A stretch of 64,000 bases of DNA, from NCBI GenBank assembly GCA_965230295.1, contig OZ246001.1, forward strand, positions 1,440,001 through 1,504,000, written 5' to 3'. Within the stretch, counting starts at the first letter, position 1, and every line of letters starts with the position of its first letter. The notes beneath the pieces were generated by a model. It did no database searches, was not told the DNA's origin, and worked only from the letters and a program-made list of their open reading frames with translations. Made by a program: the position numbers and the translations under genes. Of the stretch, positions 36,772 through 47,686 are shown piece after piece. This stretch comes from Marinicella sp. Its GTDB lineage: Bacteria; Pseudomonadota; Gammaproteobacteria; Xanthomonadales; Marinicellaceae.

Positions 36772-37730
36772 ATGACTGCTGGAAATTGGCTGAACCGGTG
36801 GTGGTTTTGGGTTGTACTGATGGTGGTATTGGTCATCCTGGCATTATCAGTGGGCACAGTCAGGGTTCCCTTGTCTGCCATCTTCAATACCGAATCTGAA
36901 TTTTTCACCATTGTCTGGCACTTGCGCTTTCCTCGAATCATCAATGCCTTGATGGTCGGTGGCTGTTTGGCGCTGGCTGGTTTGCTGATCCAGAATCTGG
37001 TCAAAAATCCGCTGGCCGACCCTTATCTACTTGGTGTATCAGGCGGCGCCGCATCGGTACAATTACTGATCATCATAACCGGCTCAGTTTGTCTCAACAT
37101 GTGCTGTTTTTGTTTGGCTTCCTCGGTAGTTTATTGGCCACCATGCTGTTATTGAAGCTCAGTTATCGAGGCAAGATCAGGCCAGATAAAATCACCCTTA
37201 ATGGGGTGGTTTTGGCCTTCGGGTTTGCGGCATTCATCAGCTTTGTTTTGGCCACAGCATCAGGCCAGCAAGTAAAATCCATGATGTTTTGGTTGATGGG
37301 AGATTTGAGCTTTTCGCAACCCAATGGCCTCATGCCTGTGATTTTACTGTTGTGCTTTCTGGCTTTGTACAAACACAACCGGGCGCTGGATTTATTGGCG
37401 CGCGGTGAGTTGTTTGCCATCAAATCCGGGGTCAATGCACACCGCATTAATTTGTTGGTTTTCATCATTACGGCTTTACTGACTTCAATGGCCGTGGCAC
37501 AAGCAGGCACCATTGGCTTTGTGGGCTTGATCATTCCGCATTTGGTCCGTTTGTTCACAGGTTACCAGCACCGTAACCTGATGCCGATGTGTTTATTGGT
37601 GGGGGGCTGCTTTTTATTGGCGGCTGACACTTTGGCACGAACGCTCATGAGCCCGATTCAATTGCCTGTTGGCATCTTCACCGCATTGATTGGTGTGCCT
37701 GTGTTTTTGTGGTTGAACCAGAAAGTCTGA
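36772..37730 (+). pseudogene. BtuC/FecCD-type ABC permease split by a 1-bp frameshift
   Basis: The N-half (LRFPR, KNPLADPYLLGVSGGA) and C-half (GTIGFVGLIIPH, LPVGIFT) are in different frames. One extra T in TTT at 37088-37090 would join them. Confidence 0.85.
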
Positions 37731-38434
37731 TGCTTAAGATTACAAACCTCACTTTACAACAAGATGGAATCTCGATATTTTCCGGCCTTGAGGGCACCTT
37801 TAGTAAAGGTGAATTTTGGGGAGTTGTTGGCCAGAACGGAGTGGGTAAATCAACCTTATTACAGACCATGGCGGGGATGACCCCAATGTCCGACGGCAGC
37901 ATCATTGTAGACGGTCATGCCGTCGATCAAATGGACTCAGTGACACGCGCACAAAAGCTCAGTTTCTTATTGCAAGACCAAGAGCCCTGTTTGTCCTTTT
38001 CAGTCAAAGAAGCTGTTGGCATGGGCCGCTACCCCTGGCGCTCTAGGCGAAATGAAGACCAAATCATCACCGAAACTGCTTTAGCAACTTGTCGTATCAC
38101 GAATCTGGCTGACCGCTCCATATTAAAACTGTCTGGAGGTGAGCGGCGAAAGGTTGAAATTGCCACTTGTCTGGCACAACAATCGGATTACTTGTTGTTA
38201 GATGAACCCTTAAATCATTTGGACTTGGTGTATCGGAAACACATCCTGAGTATTTTCAAATCATTCAGCCAAGATCATTGCGTGATGATGGTCTGCCACG
38301 ATCTTGAAGCGGTCAAATCCCATTGTTCTCATGTATTGATGCTGTTGGCTAATAACTGTTATCTGGCTGGAACTTCAGCTACAATATTGAACAAAGATAA
38401 CCTCAAACGACTATTCGATGACAACAGCCAGTAA
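37730..38434 (+). CDS. ABC ATP-binding protein (BtuD/FepC-like)
   Basis: GQNGVGKST, LSGGERRK and LLDEPLNHLD. Confidence 0.88.
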   Translation: MLKITNLTLQQDGISIFSGLEGTFSKGEFWGVVGQNGVGKSTLLQTMAGMTPMSDGSIIVDGHAVDQMDSVTRAQKLSFLLQDQEPCLSFSVKEAVGMGRYPWRSRRNEDQIITETALATCRITNLADRSILKLSGGERRKVEIATCLAQQSDYLLLDEPLNHLDLVYRKHILSIFKSFSQDHCVMMVCHDLEAVKSHCSHVLMLLANNCYLAGTSATILNKDNLKRLFDDNSQ

Positions 38435-40196
38435 AATAACCAACAATTTCATGGCCATCACTGCCAAGCAATGGCTGACAGCAAAAATCATCTCGCAGAA
38501 AGAATTTGCTAAATTGTTAGAGAAGTCAACCGTCACTTCTGCATCGGTTCACCCATACATATCAATCATTGATAACAAGCTAACCAACTTACAAACCGGC
38601 AAGCCGATCACCATGGAGTTTTTGACCCAATGGGTTGCCAAAGCCAACAAGTTGGATTACATGAAAATAGATCCAACGAAAATCAATGTCAACCAAGTGA
38701 CTCAAGTCATCTCACAGGCCTATGCTCGGCAGCATCAGATACTTCCTGTGGGCGTTGATTCCAACGAAATCACCATTGCTGTGGCTGACCCTAAAAACAC
38801 CAGTTGGATCAACGACATACAAAAAATACATCGCCAAACCATCAAGCGCGTACATGCCAACCCCATTGACATCCAACGGTTGTTGTTTGAATTTTATGGC
38901 GTCAACCGTCAGGTGCAAAGTGCCAAGAAATTACACAAAGGGAAAAGCAATGACCCCATCCTTAACCTTGAACAACTGGTTAAACTGGGTGGCAAAGGTG
39001 ACCTCAATGCCGATGATCAACACGTTATCGGGTTGGTCGATTGGTTATTGCAATACGCTTTTGATCAGCGTGCCAGTGACATCCACCTGGAACCCAAACG
39101 TGAAAATTGCCTGATTCGTTTCAGGATCGATGGCAAATTACTCAAAGTATATGACTTACCACCAGCGGTCATGGCGGCGGTGACCAGCCGCATCAAGATC
39201 CTGTCACGCATAGATGTGGCGGAAAAAAGAAGACCACAAGATGGTCGAATTAAAACCCTGTCAAAAGGCCATCGAGAAATTGAACTGCGGGTTTCAACCA
39301 TGCCAACCACTTTTGGTGAAAAATGCGTGATGCGTATTTTTGATCCCGATGCGGTGGTGGTTGATTACCGTGATTTGGGATTCAATGACAATGAAGCGGC
39401 CAACTGGAAACAGTTGATTGACCGACCTCACGGCATTGTGTTGGTAACTGGCCCCACTGGCTCTGGCAAAACCACCACCCTGTATTCAACTTTGAAAAAA
39501 CTGGCCACTCCAGAGGTCAATGTTTCCACCGTGGAAGACCCCATTGAAATGGTTGATCCCATTTTGAATCAAATGCAAGTGAACCCAAAAATCGGTCTAC
39601 ACTTTGCCGATGGTGTCAGAACTTTGATGCGCCAGGATCCTGACATCATCATGATTGGTGAGATTCGAGATTTAGAAACCGCACAAATGGCTGTACAAGC
39701 TTCATTGACTGGTCATTTGGTGTTGTCCACTTTACATACCAATGACGCCCCGTCAAGCATCAACCGACTGCTCGATCTGGGTGTGCCCGATTACCTTTTA
39801 CGCAGTACATTGGCTGGCGTATTGGCACAAAGGCTGATTCGCTTACTGTGCCCACATTGCAAAACACCCACCAAGGTTGATGCCGAAAAATGGGTTTCCA
39901 TGGTACATCCTTTTGACATTCAACCTCCCAAAGAATTGTTCGAAGCCCAGGGCTGTGATGAATGTCGGAACACCGGTTACCATGGACGTTCAGGGGTATT
40001 CGAGATGATGCCCATTCACAACGATGTTCGACGCTTGATTCGCAACGATGTGCCATCTGAGAAAGTCGCGGCTGCAGCCTATGAACAAGGCATGGTGCCA
40101 TTGCGCATTGCCATTTCTCACTTGTTAAAAGCAGGCACCACATCTTTGGAAGAGGCCATGCGTTTGGCCCCACCTGATTTTCAAACCCACGGTTGA
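38418..40196 (+). CDS. GspE/PulE/PilB-family secretion ATPase
   Basis: RASDIHLEP, PQDGRI, GPTGSGKTT, TVEDPIE, RQDPDIIMIGEIRD, TGHLVLSTLH and the CPHC..CDEC zinc motif. Confidence 0.92.
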   Translation: MTTASKITNNFMAITAKQWLTAKIISQKEFAKLLEKSTVTSASVHPYISIIDNKLTNLQTGKPITMEFLTQWVAKANKLDYMKIDPTKINVNQVTQVISQAYARQHQILPVGVDSNEITIAVADPKNTSWINDIQKIHRQTIKRVHANPIDIQRLLFEFYGVNRQVQSAKKLHKGKSNDPILNLEQLVKLGGKGDLNADDQHVIGLVDWLLQYAFDQRASDIHLEPKRENCLIRFRIDGKLLKVYDLPPAVMAAVTSRIKILSRIDVAEKRRPQDGRIKTLSKGHREIELRVSTMPTTFGEKCVMRIFDPDAVVVDYRDLGFNDNEAANWKQLIDRPHGIVLVTGPTGSGKTTTLYSTLKKLATPEVNVSTVEDPIEMVDPILNQMQVNPKIGLHFADGVRTLMRQDPDIIMIGEIRDLETAQMAVQASLTGHLVLSTLHTNDAPSSINRLLDLGVPDYLLRSTLAGVLAQRLIRLLCPHCKTPTKVDAEKWVSMVHPFDIQPPKELFEAQGCDECRNTGYHGRSGVFEMMPIHNDVRRLIRNDVPSEKVAAAAYEQGMVPLRIAISHLLKAGTTSLEEAMRLAPPDFQTHG

Positions 40197-40208
40197 TTTA
40201 ATCCGTCT

Positions 40209-40952
40209 ATGTTCCTAATCATACAAACCGGCGACCCAGTCCCCATGGCCAGACAACAATTCGGCTCTTTTGCTGATTGGTTTATTTTTGGTTTGGGCAT
40301 TGAAACAAGCCAGGCTTTGGTGGTTGATGTTCACCTTGGCCAACCTTTACCCGACGCCAACCAATTGGCCGATGAATTCATTGGTGTCGTGATCACAGGA
40401 TCAGCAGCCATGGTCACCGATCAGGACTCCTGGTTGCTCTCAACACAGCATTGGCTGACCAACATGGCCAAACACAAGATCCCAACCTTGGGGGTTTGTT
40501 ATGGTCACCAAGTATTGGCAGATTTACTGGGTGGAAGAGTGGACTATAACCCCAAAGGTCGCAATATGGGCATGAGTGAATTCCACTTAGCCAGCTCAGC
40601 GTCATCTGATGACTTGTTCAAAAACCACCCAAAGCAAATGCCAACTTTCGCTTCGCACCTACAAAGCGTCACAAGGCTGCCTCAAAGTGCCACTTTATTG
40701 GGCTCTTGCGCGTTGGATGAAAATCATGCGTTCAAAGCGGAAGAAACCATATGGGGCGTTCAATTTCACCCTGAGTGGAATCAGCCCATCATGAAATCCT
40801 ATATCCAAAGTCGTCGGGAAGCATTGCTCAAAGAGGGCTTCAATCCCGAACAAATGTTGGATCACCTGGCACCATGCAATGCAGCGCATGCCACCTTGAG
40901 CCGATTTGCTCAATTGGCCACGGTCAATAGAAAGGCGTTGATTCAGGCTTAG
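40209..40952 (+). CDS. Class I glutamine amidotransferase-like protein
   Basis: [12 protein letters not shown] nucleophile elbow and VQFHPE. Confidence 0.88.
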   Translation: MFLIIQTGDPVPMARQQFGSFADWFIFGLGIETSQALVVDVHLGQPLPDANQLADEFIGVVITGSAAMVTDQDSWLLSTQHWLTNMAKHKIPTLGVCYGHQVLADLLGGRVDYNPKGRNMGMSEFHLASSASSDDLFKNHPKQMPTFASHLQSVTRLPQSATLLGSCALDENHAFKAEETIWGVQFHPEWNQPIMKSYIQSRREALLKEGFNPEQMLDHLAPCNAAHATLSRFAQLATVNRKALIQA

Positions 40953-41665
40953 ATTTCAGCGTTGTGGTAGACATTTTGGACATCGTCCAACACGTCCAAC
41001 ATCTCTAAAAATTTATTGAAATTTGGCATGTCATCGGCAGAGATGGGGGCCGTGGTTTGTGGCACAAATTGAATTTCGTCCACTTCAAAGTCAATGTCAC
41101 CAAAGGCGTCCTGCAAAGCTTGTTTGGCTTTGAAGTATTCATTGTGTGGTGCAAACACTGTCAACTTGCCGTCTTCGCATTCTATGTCAGTGACATCCAC
41201 ATCAGCGTCCATCAGGGCTTCCAGAGCGGCATCTTCATCATCTCCTGCAAACACCAAAATGGCCGCATGGTCAAACATATGCATCACGGTACCTTGGGTA
41301 CCAATTTTGCTGTCAGTCTTGGTGAAACACAAACGCACATCACCAAAAGTTCGATTCGGGTTGTCAGTCAAACAGTCAACAATCACCATACAACCACCTG
41401 GACCATAACCTTCGTATCTGGCCACTGCAAAATCTTCACCGCCAGCACCTTGAGACTTGTCCAATGCATTTTTTATCACATGGGCAGGTACCTGGGCTTT
41501 TTTGGCTCGATCAAGCAAACTGCGCAATGCCAAATTGCCATCAGGATCAGCTCCGCCTGATTTGGCACAGACGTAAATTTCTCTGCTGAACTTGCTGTAG
41601 ACCCTTGCGTTGGCATCTGAAGTTTTGGCCATCGACTCTTTGCGGTTTTGATAGGCTCTTCCCAT
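40949..41665 (-). CDS. YebC/PmpR family protein
   Basis: [25 protein letters not shown] and DDVQNVYHN. Confidence 0.93.
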   Translation of the reverse strand: MGRAYQNRKESMAKTSDANARVYSKFSREIYVCAKSGGADPDGNLALRSLLDRAKKAQVPAHVIKNALDKSQGAGGEDFAVARYEGYGPGGCMVIVDCLTDNPNRTFGDVRLCFTKTDSKIGTQGTVMHMFDHAAILVFAGDDEDAALEALMDADVDVTDIECEDGKLTVFAPHNEYFKAKQALQDAFGDIDFEVDEIQFVPQTTAPISADDMPNFNKFLEMLDVLDDVQNVYHNAEI

Positions 41666-41779
41666 GGTTATTCTCGGTAACTGTAAAGGCGGCTATTTTA
41701 CCGCGAACTTGATGGTTTGCAAAATCAATGACAGCGTTAACACCCTATTTGGTGGCTTTTATTTATGTAACAAGAACCG

Positions 41780-43444
41780 TCAACCGTACAATTCTGGTAA
41801 ACCTTGCTGTTGTTTCTGAGCTGTTTCAGCAGGTTTATACAACCCCTGTTTGATCAGTTGCTGCCAGTTGACTTTGAACTCACTGCTGGCGTCTTTGTAC
41901 AGCTGCCGTTGCAGTGAGGTGATGGCATCTTTCATGTCACCAGCTGCCAATTGTTGGCTGATTTGGCCTAAATTCGTGGTGTTTTGTAGGTGCTCCTGAT
42001 TCCACCAAGCGATCAATGTCGCTTGAACTTGAGCAGGTTCGGCATGGTCCAAATGTCGTAAAGACACCGTGTTGACTGGTTTGCTGGGTTGTGCTGTTGT
42101 GGTGACGGTTCCTCTGGGTTTAAACCACATCCACAAACCGGTCAGCAGCCACAAGGCTGCAAACGTAAATGTCATTGATTTCCAAAGCACCAGCGATTCA
42201 GAACCTTCAGCCCCCCATTCTAAATCAGTGGGCACCTCAGTGGCTTTGATTGTGGGAGGGTTAAAATCAATGGCTTGGGGAGCCTGCGTGGTACTGGAAT
42301 CAGCTGCTGTAACTGCCAATGTGCTGGCTGGAATGCGAGCCACTTTGGCCGATTGACTGGCCGTGTCAAACCACTCCAAAGAAAATTCCGGTATTTCAAG
42401 AGATCCTTGATCTGTTGGGATGATGGCATACTTGATGATTTTAGATGAAATCAACTGTTGGCCATCCTGGCGGGTGATGGTGTCGGTTTTGTCCTGGTAA
42501 ATTTTTGCACCTTCAATGTCAGGTATTTGTAAATCGGGTAGTTGTGTTTCTGACAGCCCTGCCACTGTCATGTTGATGGTGCGCGTGATCGGCTCACCAA
42601 CCTGATACGGTTTATTTTGTGACCAGCTTTGTTGCAAAGTGACCTGTTTGGCTGGAATCCAATCTTTGTTGAGAAATGCTTGCGGGATTTGTTTGATCTC
42701 CAACTCGAGCATTTCAGAAATTTGTCGCACTGGCCGACCCCGTTGAAACAAGCCAAAGGATTGTCTGCTGTTGTCAGTGACTTCACCTTCAAACACCAAT
42801 GGTGCCAAAGTTAACGGGCCACTGTTTTCAGCAAAAATGGCATACTTCCGCTCCAACACCTGGTAAGTCTTGCCATCACGTTGGGTGGTGTAATTGGCGC
42901 CTTTGTTGATTTGTTGAACGATCAAGCCGTCGCCATTGGGCTCAGTTAAGGCACCATTTTTAAGGTTGATGGCATACAACAATCGCACTGTTAATAAAAT
43001 TTCTTCTTGCACAAAAGCACTGTTCTTACTGGTCTCAAGCTCGATGAAAATATCACCTTTGGCTTGGGCATTGGGGTCAGGCTTATTCACCTCAATCCGG
43101 ATGGTCTTGGTACGCTCGCCCTCGATTTCCAGGGGTGGTATGAGGTGAGACCCCAGGGTTTTCGGTACCAACAACACCTGCCAAGTGGTTTGAGTTTTGA
43201 CTTCACCGTTGGTGATTTGGGTGGAAGACGATTTACCGGTTTGGCCCACATGAAAAACCGCATCGAGCAGGGTAAAGTCCGGTTGGCTGTTGGTGTTTTT
43301 ATCAGCGGTAATGGTCAAGGTTAACGACTCACCAAAGTAGATGGATTGTCGGTCAACAGTCGCTTTGATCTCTGCAGAAACCAGGGTGGATCCCAGCAAC
43401 AATAACAGCATTGAAAAGATTGTGAAGCGCATAATTTGGGACAT
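41780..43444 (-). CDS. BatD-family protein
   Basis: Signal peptide, ATVDRQ..GESLTL, VGEPITRT, SLEWFD and a C-terminal TM segment; last gene of the MoxR/vWA operon. Confidence 0.85.
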   Translation of the reverse strand: MSQIMRFTIFSMLLLLLGSTLVSAEIKATVDRQSIYFGESLTLTITADKNTNSQPDFTLLDAVFHVGQTGKSSSTQITNGEVKTQTTWQVLLVPKTLGSHLIPPLEIEGERTKTIRIEVNKPDPNAQAKGDIFIELETSKNSAFVQEEILLTVRLLYAINLKNGALTEPNGDGLIVQQINKGANYTTQRDGKTYQVLERKYAIFAENSGPLTLAPLVFEGEVTDNSRQSFGLFQRGRPVRQISEMLELEIKQIPQAFLNKDWIPAKQVTLQQSWSQNKPYQVGEPITRTINMTVAGLSETQLPDLQIPDIEGAKIYQDKTDTITRQDGQQLISSKIIKYAIIPTDQGSLEIPEFSLEWFDTASQSAKVARIPASTLAVTAADSSTTQAPQAIDFNPPTIKATEVPTDLEWGAEGSESLVLWKSMTFTFAALWLLTGLWMWFKPRGTVTTTAQPSKPVNTVSLRHLDHAEPAQVQATLIAWWNQEHLQNTTNLGQISQQLAAGDMKDAITSLQRQLYKDASSEFKVNWQQLIKQGLYKPAETAQKQQQGLPELYG

Positions 43445-43448
43445 GGTG

Positions 43449-45233
43449 TTACCAATCCTCCGTGGTTTGTTGGTCATAGCTCTCACCGTCTTGGTTGCGT
43501 TTGTGGTATTGATATAAAAATTTTCTGCGCATCAATCCACCTGGATCATCTTTGATTCGTCGCAGCCATTGCTCCATGGCTTGTTTTTCTTCAGCATCCA
43601 ATGCTTTTTCATCCGGTGTTAGCTCTATTTCTTGTTGTTCTTCGGTTTGTTGTTCAGCTTGTTGCTGCTCTTGTTGGTTTTGTTGCTCTTGTTCTTGTTG
43701 TTCTTGCTCTGCTTCAGCTTGTTGGTCCTGTTGGGCTTGCTGCTGTTGTTCTTGTTTTTCCTGTTCAGAGCTTTCCTGATTTTGTTGATTCTGCTGATCT
43801 TGCTGTTGATCCTGGTTGTCTTGTTCAGAATCCTGGTTCTCCTGGTTTTCCTGGTTCTCCTGATTTTGTTGCTGTTGTTGCATCGCTTCTTCTACCACTT
43901 TTTTGTTGTACAAAGTGTCTTCATCAGCCGGGTCATAGGTCAAAGCCTTCTCATAACTTTGTAACGCGCCGGCCAAATCACCCGATTGTGCCAGCGCATT
44001 GCCACGGTTATAATAATCCATCAAATCATCCCCTTGCTCAGGGTATAACTTGGTGGCGGTTTTGAAGTCCTGCTTTTTATAGGCGGCTGCCGCTTTGATA
44101 TCCAGGTTTTCAGCTTGGTTGTATGCCTGCTCAGGCGCGTTTTCCAATTGGCGATAGGCTTGCTGGTCCGGATTCAGCCACAAATCATCCCAAGACACCG
44201 CCAATGAATTTTCACTGTTCAACAACAACCCGACACACAACGCCATTAAAATGCCCCGGCGATACAACAATGCCAGCATCGGCACAATCAGCAAGGCCAA
44301 TAAAGGGCCGTCGTCAATAAAATTATCACCCCCCATTTCATCCTCTGCTTGATTATCATCATCTGGATTGACTTCATAAAGCAGCTCTTCTGTGGTGTCA
44401 TTGGACAGCACATTGAAACGTCCATTGCCAATTTTTGCTGCTGCTTGGAGGCTGACGTAATCCACTTGTGGAATCACTATTTGTCCCCTCAAGTCTTTGA
44501 GGAAACCTTGGTTGGTCGGGATCGGCGCACCCTCGGCCGTCCCGACTGCCAAGACATGGATGGTGGTTCCCTGTTCACTGACACTGGTCAAGCGATCCTC
44601 AGTCTTGTACATATCAATACTGTCTGTAACCAACAATATTTGTCCTCTACTGACACCCGCTTGTGACAACAATTCTGCAGATTTTTCTAAAGCGGCTGTG
44701 GTGTTGGTCCCCGAACTCGGCATGATACTTGGGTTGAGTACATCCAACAATGAAACAATGGTGTCCGTGTCATCCGTGAGGGGTGTGACCACAAAAGCAT
44801 CTCCAGAATAAACCACCAAGGCCGTTTGACCGTCTTTGCGGTTGTCTAACAAGTCTTGAATGGTGAATTTCGCCCTTTGTAATCGTGAGGGCTTCAGGTC
44901 ATCTGACAGCATGCTTTTGGAAACGTCCAATGCCACGATCAAAGCCGACTGGTTTTTCACCATCGGAACCGGCATTTGACGCACGGCAGGTCCGGCCAAT
45001 GCCACAATGGTGATCAAAGTGATGGGCCAGTACAACCAAGTCCATCGGGTTGCTTTAGCGGCTGACTGGATTTGCATGGCTTGTAACAACTCGGGTTCAC
45101 AGCTTTGTTGCCATCCATCCTGACGACTGGTGTTATTCAACCACATATACAACAACACTGACGCAGGTATCAACAACCACAACACATGAGGTCTGATGAA
45201 ATGAAAAGCACTCCAAACCACATCCACCATCAT
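43449..45233 (-). CDS. vWA + TPR protein (BatB/BatC-like) with a Q/E-rich tail
   Basis: FHFIRP, MIDAS DVSKS, TPR YNRGNALA, low-complexity Q/E tract and WLRRIKDDPGGL. Confidence 0.88.
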   Translation of the reverse strand: MMVDVVWSAFHFIRPHVLWLLIPASVLLYMWLNNTSRQDGWQQSCEPELLQAMQIQSAAKATRWTWLYWPITLITIVALAGPAVRQMPVPMVKNQSALIVALDVSKSMLSDDLKPSRLQRAKFTIQDLLDNRKDGQTALVVYSGDAFVVTPLTDDTDTIVSLLDVLNPSIMPSSGTNTTAALEKSAELLSQAGVSRGQILLVTDSIDMYKTEDRLTSVSEQGTTIHVLAVGTAEGAPIPTNQGFLKDLRGQIVIPQVDYVSLQAAAKIGNGRFNVLSNDTTEELLYEVNPDDDNQAEDEMGGDNFIDDGPLLALLIVPMLALLYRRGILMALCVGLLLNSENSLAVSWDDLWLNPDQQAYRQLENAPEQAYNQAENLDIKAAAAYKKQDFKTATKLYPEQGDDLMDYYNRGNALAQSGDLAGALQSYEKALTYDPADEDTLYNKKVVEEAMQQQQQNQENQENQENQDSEQDNQDQQQDQQNQQNQESSEQEKQEQQQQAQQDQQAEAEQEQQEQEQQNQQEQQQAEQQTEEQQEIELTPDEKALDAEEKQAMEQWLRRIKDDPGGLMRRKFLYQYHKRNQDGESYDQQTTEDW

Positions 45234-46198
45234 TGCAGCCGCCTCATCAGTAAAGTAAACAACAAGGCCACCAAAACACCCAACAAAGGCCAAAAATACA
45301 GTTCTTTGGTGGGACGATAAAACTGCTCTTCTTCAGCCAAGGGCTCTAATTCATCGAGTATGGCATAAATCTCTTCTAATTCATGGGTGTCTCTGGCTCG
45401 GAAGTATTTGCCTTCGGTGATGGCCGCAATGCGTCGCAATGAGGCTTCATCCAGATCTGAAGAAGGGTTGATGCGTCTTTGACCACCAAAAAAGCTGTTG
45501 ACCACCATTTCATCAGCACCTACACCGATGGTATAAATTTTCAAGTCCTCGGCCCTTGCCAATTCTGCTGCCTTCAGTGGTTCAATGGCCCCTGCGGTGT
45601 TTTGACCATCAGTCAGTACAATCAAAATGCGATTACTTTCTTGGGTTTCTCGGGCTTTTTTAACGGCCAGACCAATGGAATCTCCAATGGCTGTTGATTT
45701 ACCAGCCAAACCAATGGCCGCTTCATACAGCAATGTTTTCACTGTTTCGCGATCGAAGGTCAACGGTGCTTGCAAGTACGCATTCTCACCAAACAAAATC
45801 AAACCAATGCGATCTCCCACCCGTCTATCCATGAATTCTCCAGCCACTTTTTTCACGGCTGTTAAACGATCTACGGCTTGGCCATTGATCTGCATGTCCT
45901 TCTGTTCCATACTGCCGGAAATATCAATGGCGAGCATCAAATCTCGCCCTTCAATCGGCAAGGCCACTGGCTCACCAATCCACTGTGGTCGACTCACAGC
46001 CAACAATAACAACAACCAGGGCAACCAGTTAAACCAACTGGCACGTTGATGGTTCGATCCTTTTTTACCACCAAACAAATCATTCAAGAATGGCGCTTCA
46101 ATGGTGGTGATGCTCGCTTGTTTTACCCTGGGCAACCATTTAATTAAAAACGGTAAAGGCAACAATACAAATATCCACGGCCAATACAAACTGTACAT
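45230..46198 (-). CDS. vWA domain protein (BatA-like)
   Basis: MIDAS DISGS, GDRIGLILF, TAIGD and LTDG. Confidence 0.9.
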   Translation of the reverse strand: MYSLYWPWIFVLLPLPFLIKWLPRVKQASITTIEAPFLNDLFGGKKGSNHQRASWFNWLPWLLLLLAVSRPQWIGEPVALPIEGRDLMLAIDISGSMEQKDMQINGQAVDRLTAVKKVAGEFMDRRVGDRIGLILFGENAYLQAPLTFDRETVKTLLYEAAIGLAGKSTAIGDSIGLAVKKARETQESNRILIVLTDGQNTAGAIEPLKAAELARAEDLKIYTIGVGADEMVVNSFFGGQRRINPSSDLDEASLRRIAAITEGKYFRARDTHELEEIYAILDELEPLAEEEQFYRPTKELYFWPLLGVLVALLFTLLMRRLQ

Positions 46199-46704
46199 CA
46201 GGCCACCTCCAAGGCAGCTATTTTGGTTGGCCGCATCACTTGTTTTTTGATGAAATCGCGGGTCACTTGAAGCAACTGATGAGGGTCGTATTCACAATCT
46301 GACTCAAACACACCATGTGTCAAAGCCGATTCAAATTTGGCGAATGTCCCAGGTTGGTATTGGTCTAAATGTGTAATCCAGGCCTCTCCAGCCAAAGAAC
46401 TGGCCGCATTTTGATTGAGTTGAAACTTAACAAACCGACGCAGGAACATTGATATTTCAGTCAATAATTCTTGCTTGTTATTGGATTGTTGAAAACCGAA
46501 CTCAAGGGTAGATAGCTGTTGGTCAATTTGCTGCCATCGGCGTTTCTTTCGGTTGTATTGATAGCCTTTAATCACTGCCCAAATGATCAAAAGCAACAGC
46601 ACCACAATCACCACCCACCAGCCTGGTGCCAATGGCCAAAACCCTGGTTCCACAGGTAATTTGATGTCTCGCAGTGGCAAAGTCTGAACCGGCGGTGCTT
46701 GCAT
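46198..46704 (-). CDS. DUF4381 family membrane protein
   Basis: LRDIKLP..WPLAPGWW motif in the MoxR operon. Confidence 0.82.
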   Translation of the reverse strand: MQAPPVQTLPLRDIKLPVEPGFWPLAPGWWVVIVVLLLLIIWAVIKGYQYNRKKRRWQQIDQQLSTLEFGFQQSNNKQELLTEISMFLRRFVKFQLNQNAASSLAGEAWITHLDQYQPGTFAKFESALTHGVFESDCEYDPHQLLQVTRDFIKKQVMRPTKIAALEVA

Positions 46705-47672
46705 CAGACAACACCTCCTAACCAGTGGCTGAATGCCAATGCAGGGTTACTCAAACCATTTTTCAAGGTATTGACCCAGGGATCGTTGGTCTGGATCGGA
46801 ATCAATGGTACCCCGGCTTTGATGATGTTGTCTTTTAAGGACTGGATGTGATTCAGTTGTTTGTTTTTTAGTTTTTGTTGCGTGCGGTTTTGTTTGGTGT
46901 CAAGCACCCTTGGACGTTGGGAGGTTTGTACGCCATACAAAGCCGGAAGTGGCATTTGGTTTTCAAAGGGGTCACTGATTTTTACGCCCAGTACATCATT
47001 GTGTTTTCTCAGTTGTAATAAATGCCTTTTTGCATCCACACCCAAAGCATAAAAATCACTGATCACTATGACCAAACTTCCCGGTCGAATGATGGTTCTT
47101 AATTGCTTCAGCGCCTGATCCAAATCATGTTGTTCATGGGGGGCTTGTTGGTTGGTATGGTCCGGATCAAAAGCTTTGATCAAATGTGACATCATGCCCA
47201 TCATGCCACGTTTGCCTGCTGTGGCTTTGACGATGTGTACGCCATTGATGCCATACGTAAGGACCCCAATGCGATCACCTTGTTGAACCGAAGACCACCC
47301 CAACAAAGCGGCCACTTTACTGGCCAAAACGGATTTAAATTGTGTTTTGGTACCAAAATGTAAGCTGTTGTTGGTGTCTACCACCAGATAAATTGGCCTT
47401 TCTCTTTCTTCCTGGAACAATTTGGTGTGGGCATCGCCGGTCCGAGCTGTTACACGCCAATCCATATTGCGGATGTCATCCCCTGCCTGGTAAATTCGTG
47501 ACTCCTGATAATCCATGCCTCGACCACGAAACCTTGAATCATGGAGTCCAGATATGGCTGAGGTGGCTTTTTTGATGCTGGTTAGATTAAATTGCCTGGC
47601 ATGGTGGCGGGTTTCCACCATGGTTTTGGCTGTTACCTGTGTTTTGGGATTCTGAGTTACCGAAGCAGTCAT
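46704..47672 (-). CDS. DUF58 domain protein
   Basis: GRGMDYQESRIYQAGDDIRNMDWRVTAR and ISDF. Confidence 0.9.
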   Translation of the reverse strand: MTASVTQNPKTQVTAKTMVETRHHARQFNLTSIKKATSAISGLHDSRFRGRGMDYQESRIYQAGDDIRNMDWRVTARTGDAHTKLFQEERERPIYLVVDTNNSLHFGTKTQFKSVLASKVAALLGWSSVQQGDRIGVLTYGINGVHIVKATAGKRGMMGMMSHLIKAFDPDHTNQQAPHEQHDLDQALKQLRTIIRPGSLVIVISDFYALGVDAKRHLLQLRKHNDVLGVKISDPFENQMPLPALYGVQTSQRPRVLDTKQNRTQQKLKNKQLNHIQSLKDNIIKAGVPLIPIQTNDPWVNTLKNGLSNPALAFSHWLGGVV

Positions 47673-47686
47673 GTGGAGTTAGACCC

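Noticed and set aside
36755-36772. Cobalamin riboswitch upstream of the BtuC-like gene
   Set aside because: There is only ~16 bp of intergenic space and no recognisable B12-box.
43552-44065. Cys-rich and Leu-rich + strand ORFs and 9-bp repeats
   Set aside because: These are antisense shadows of the Q/E-rich linker that is usual in BatB/C proteins.
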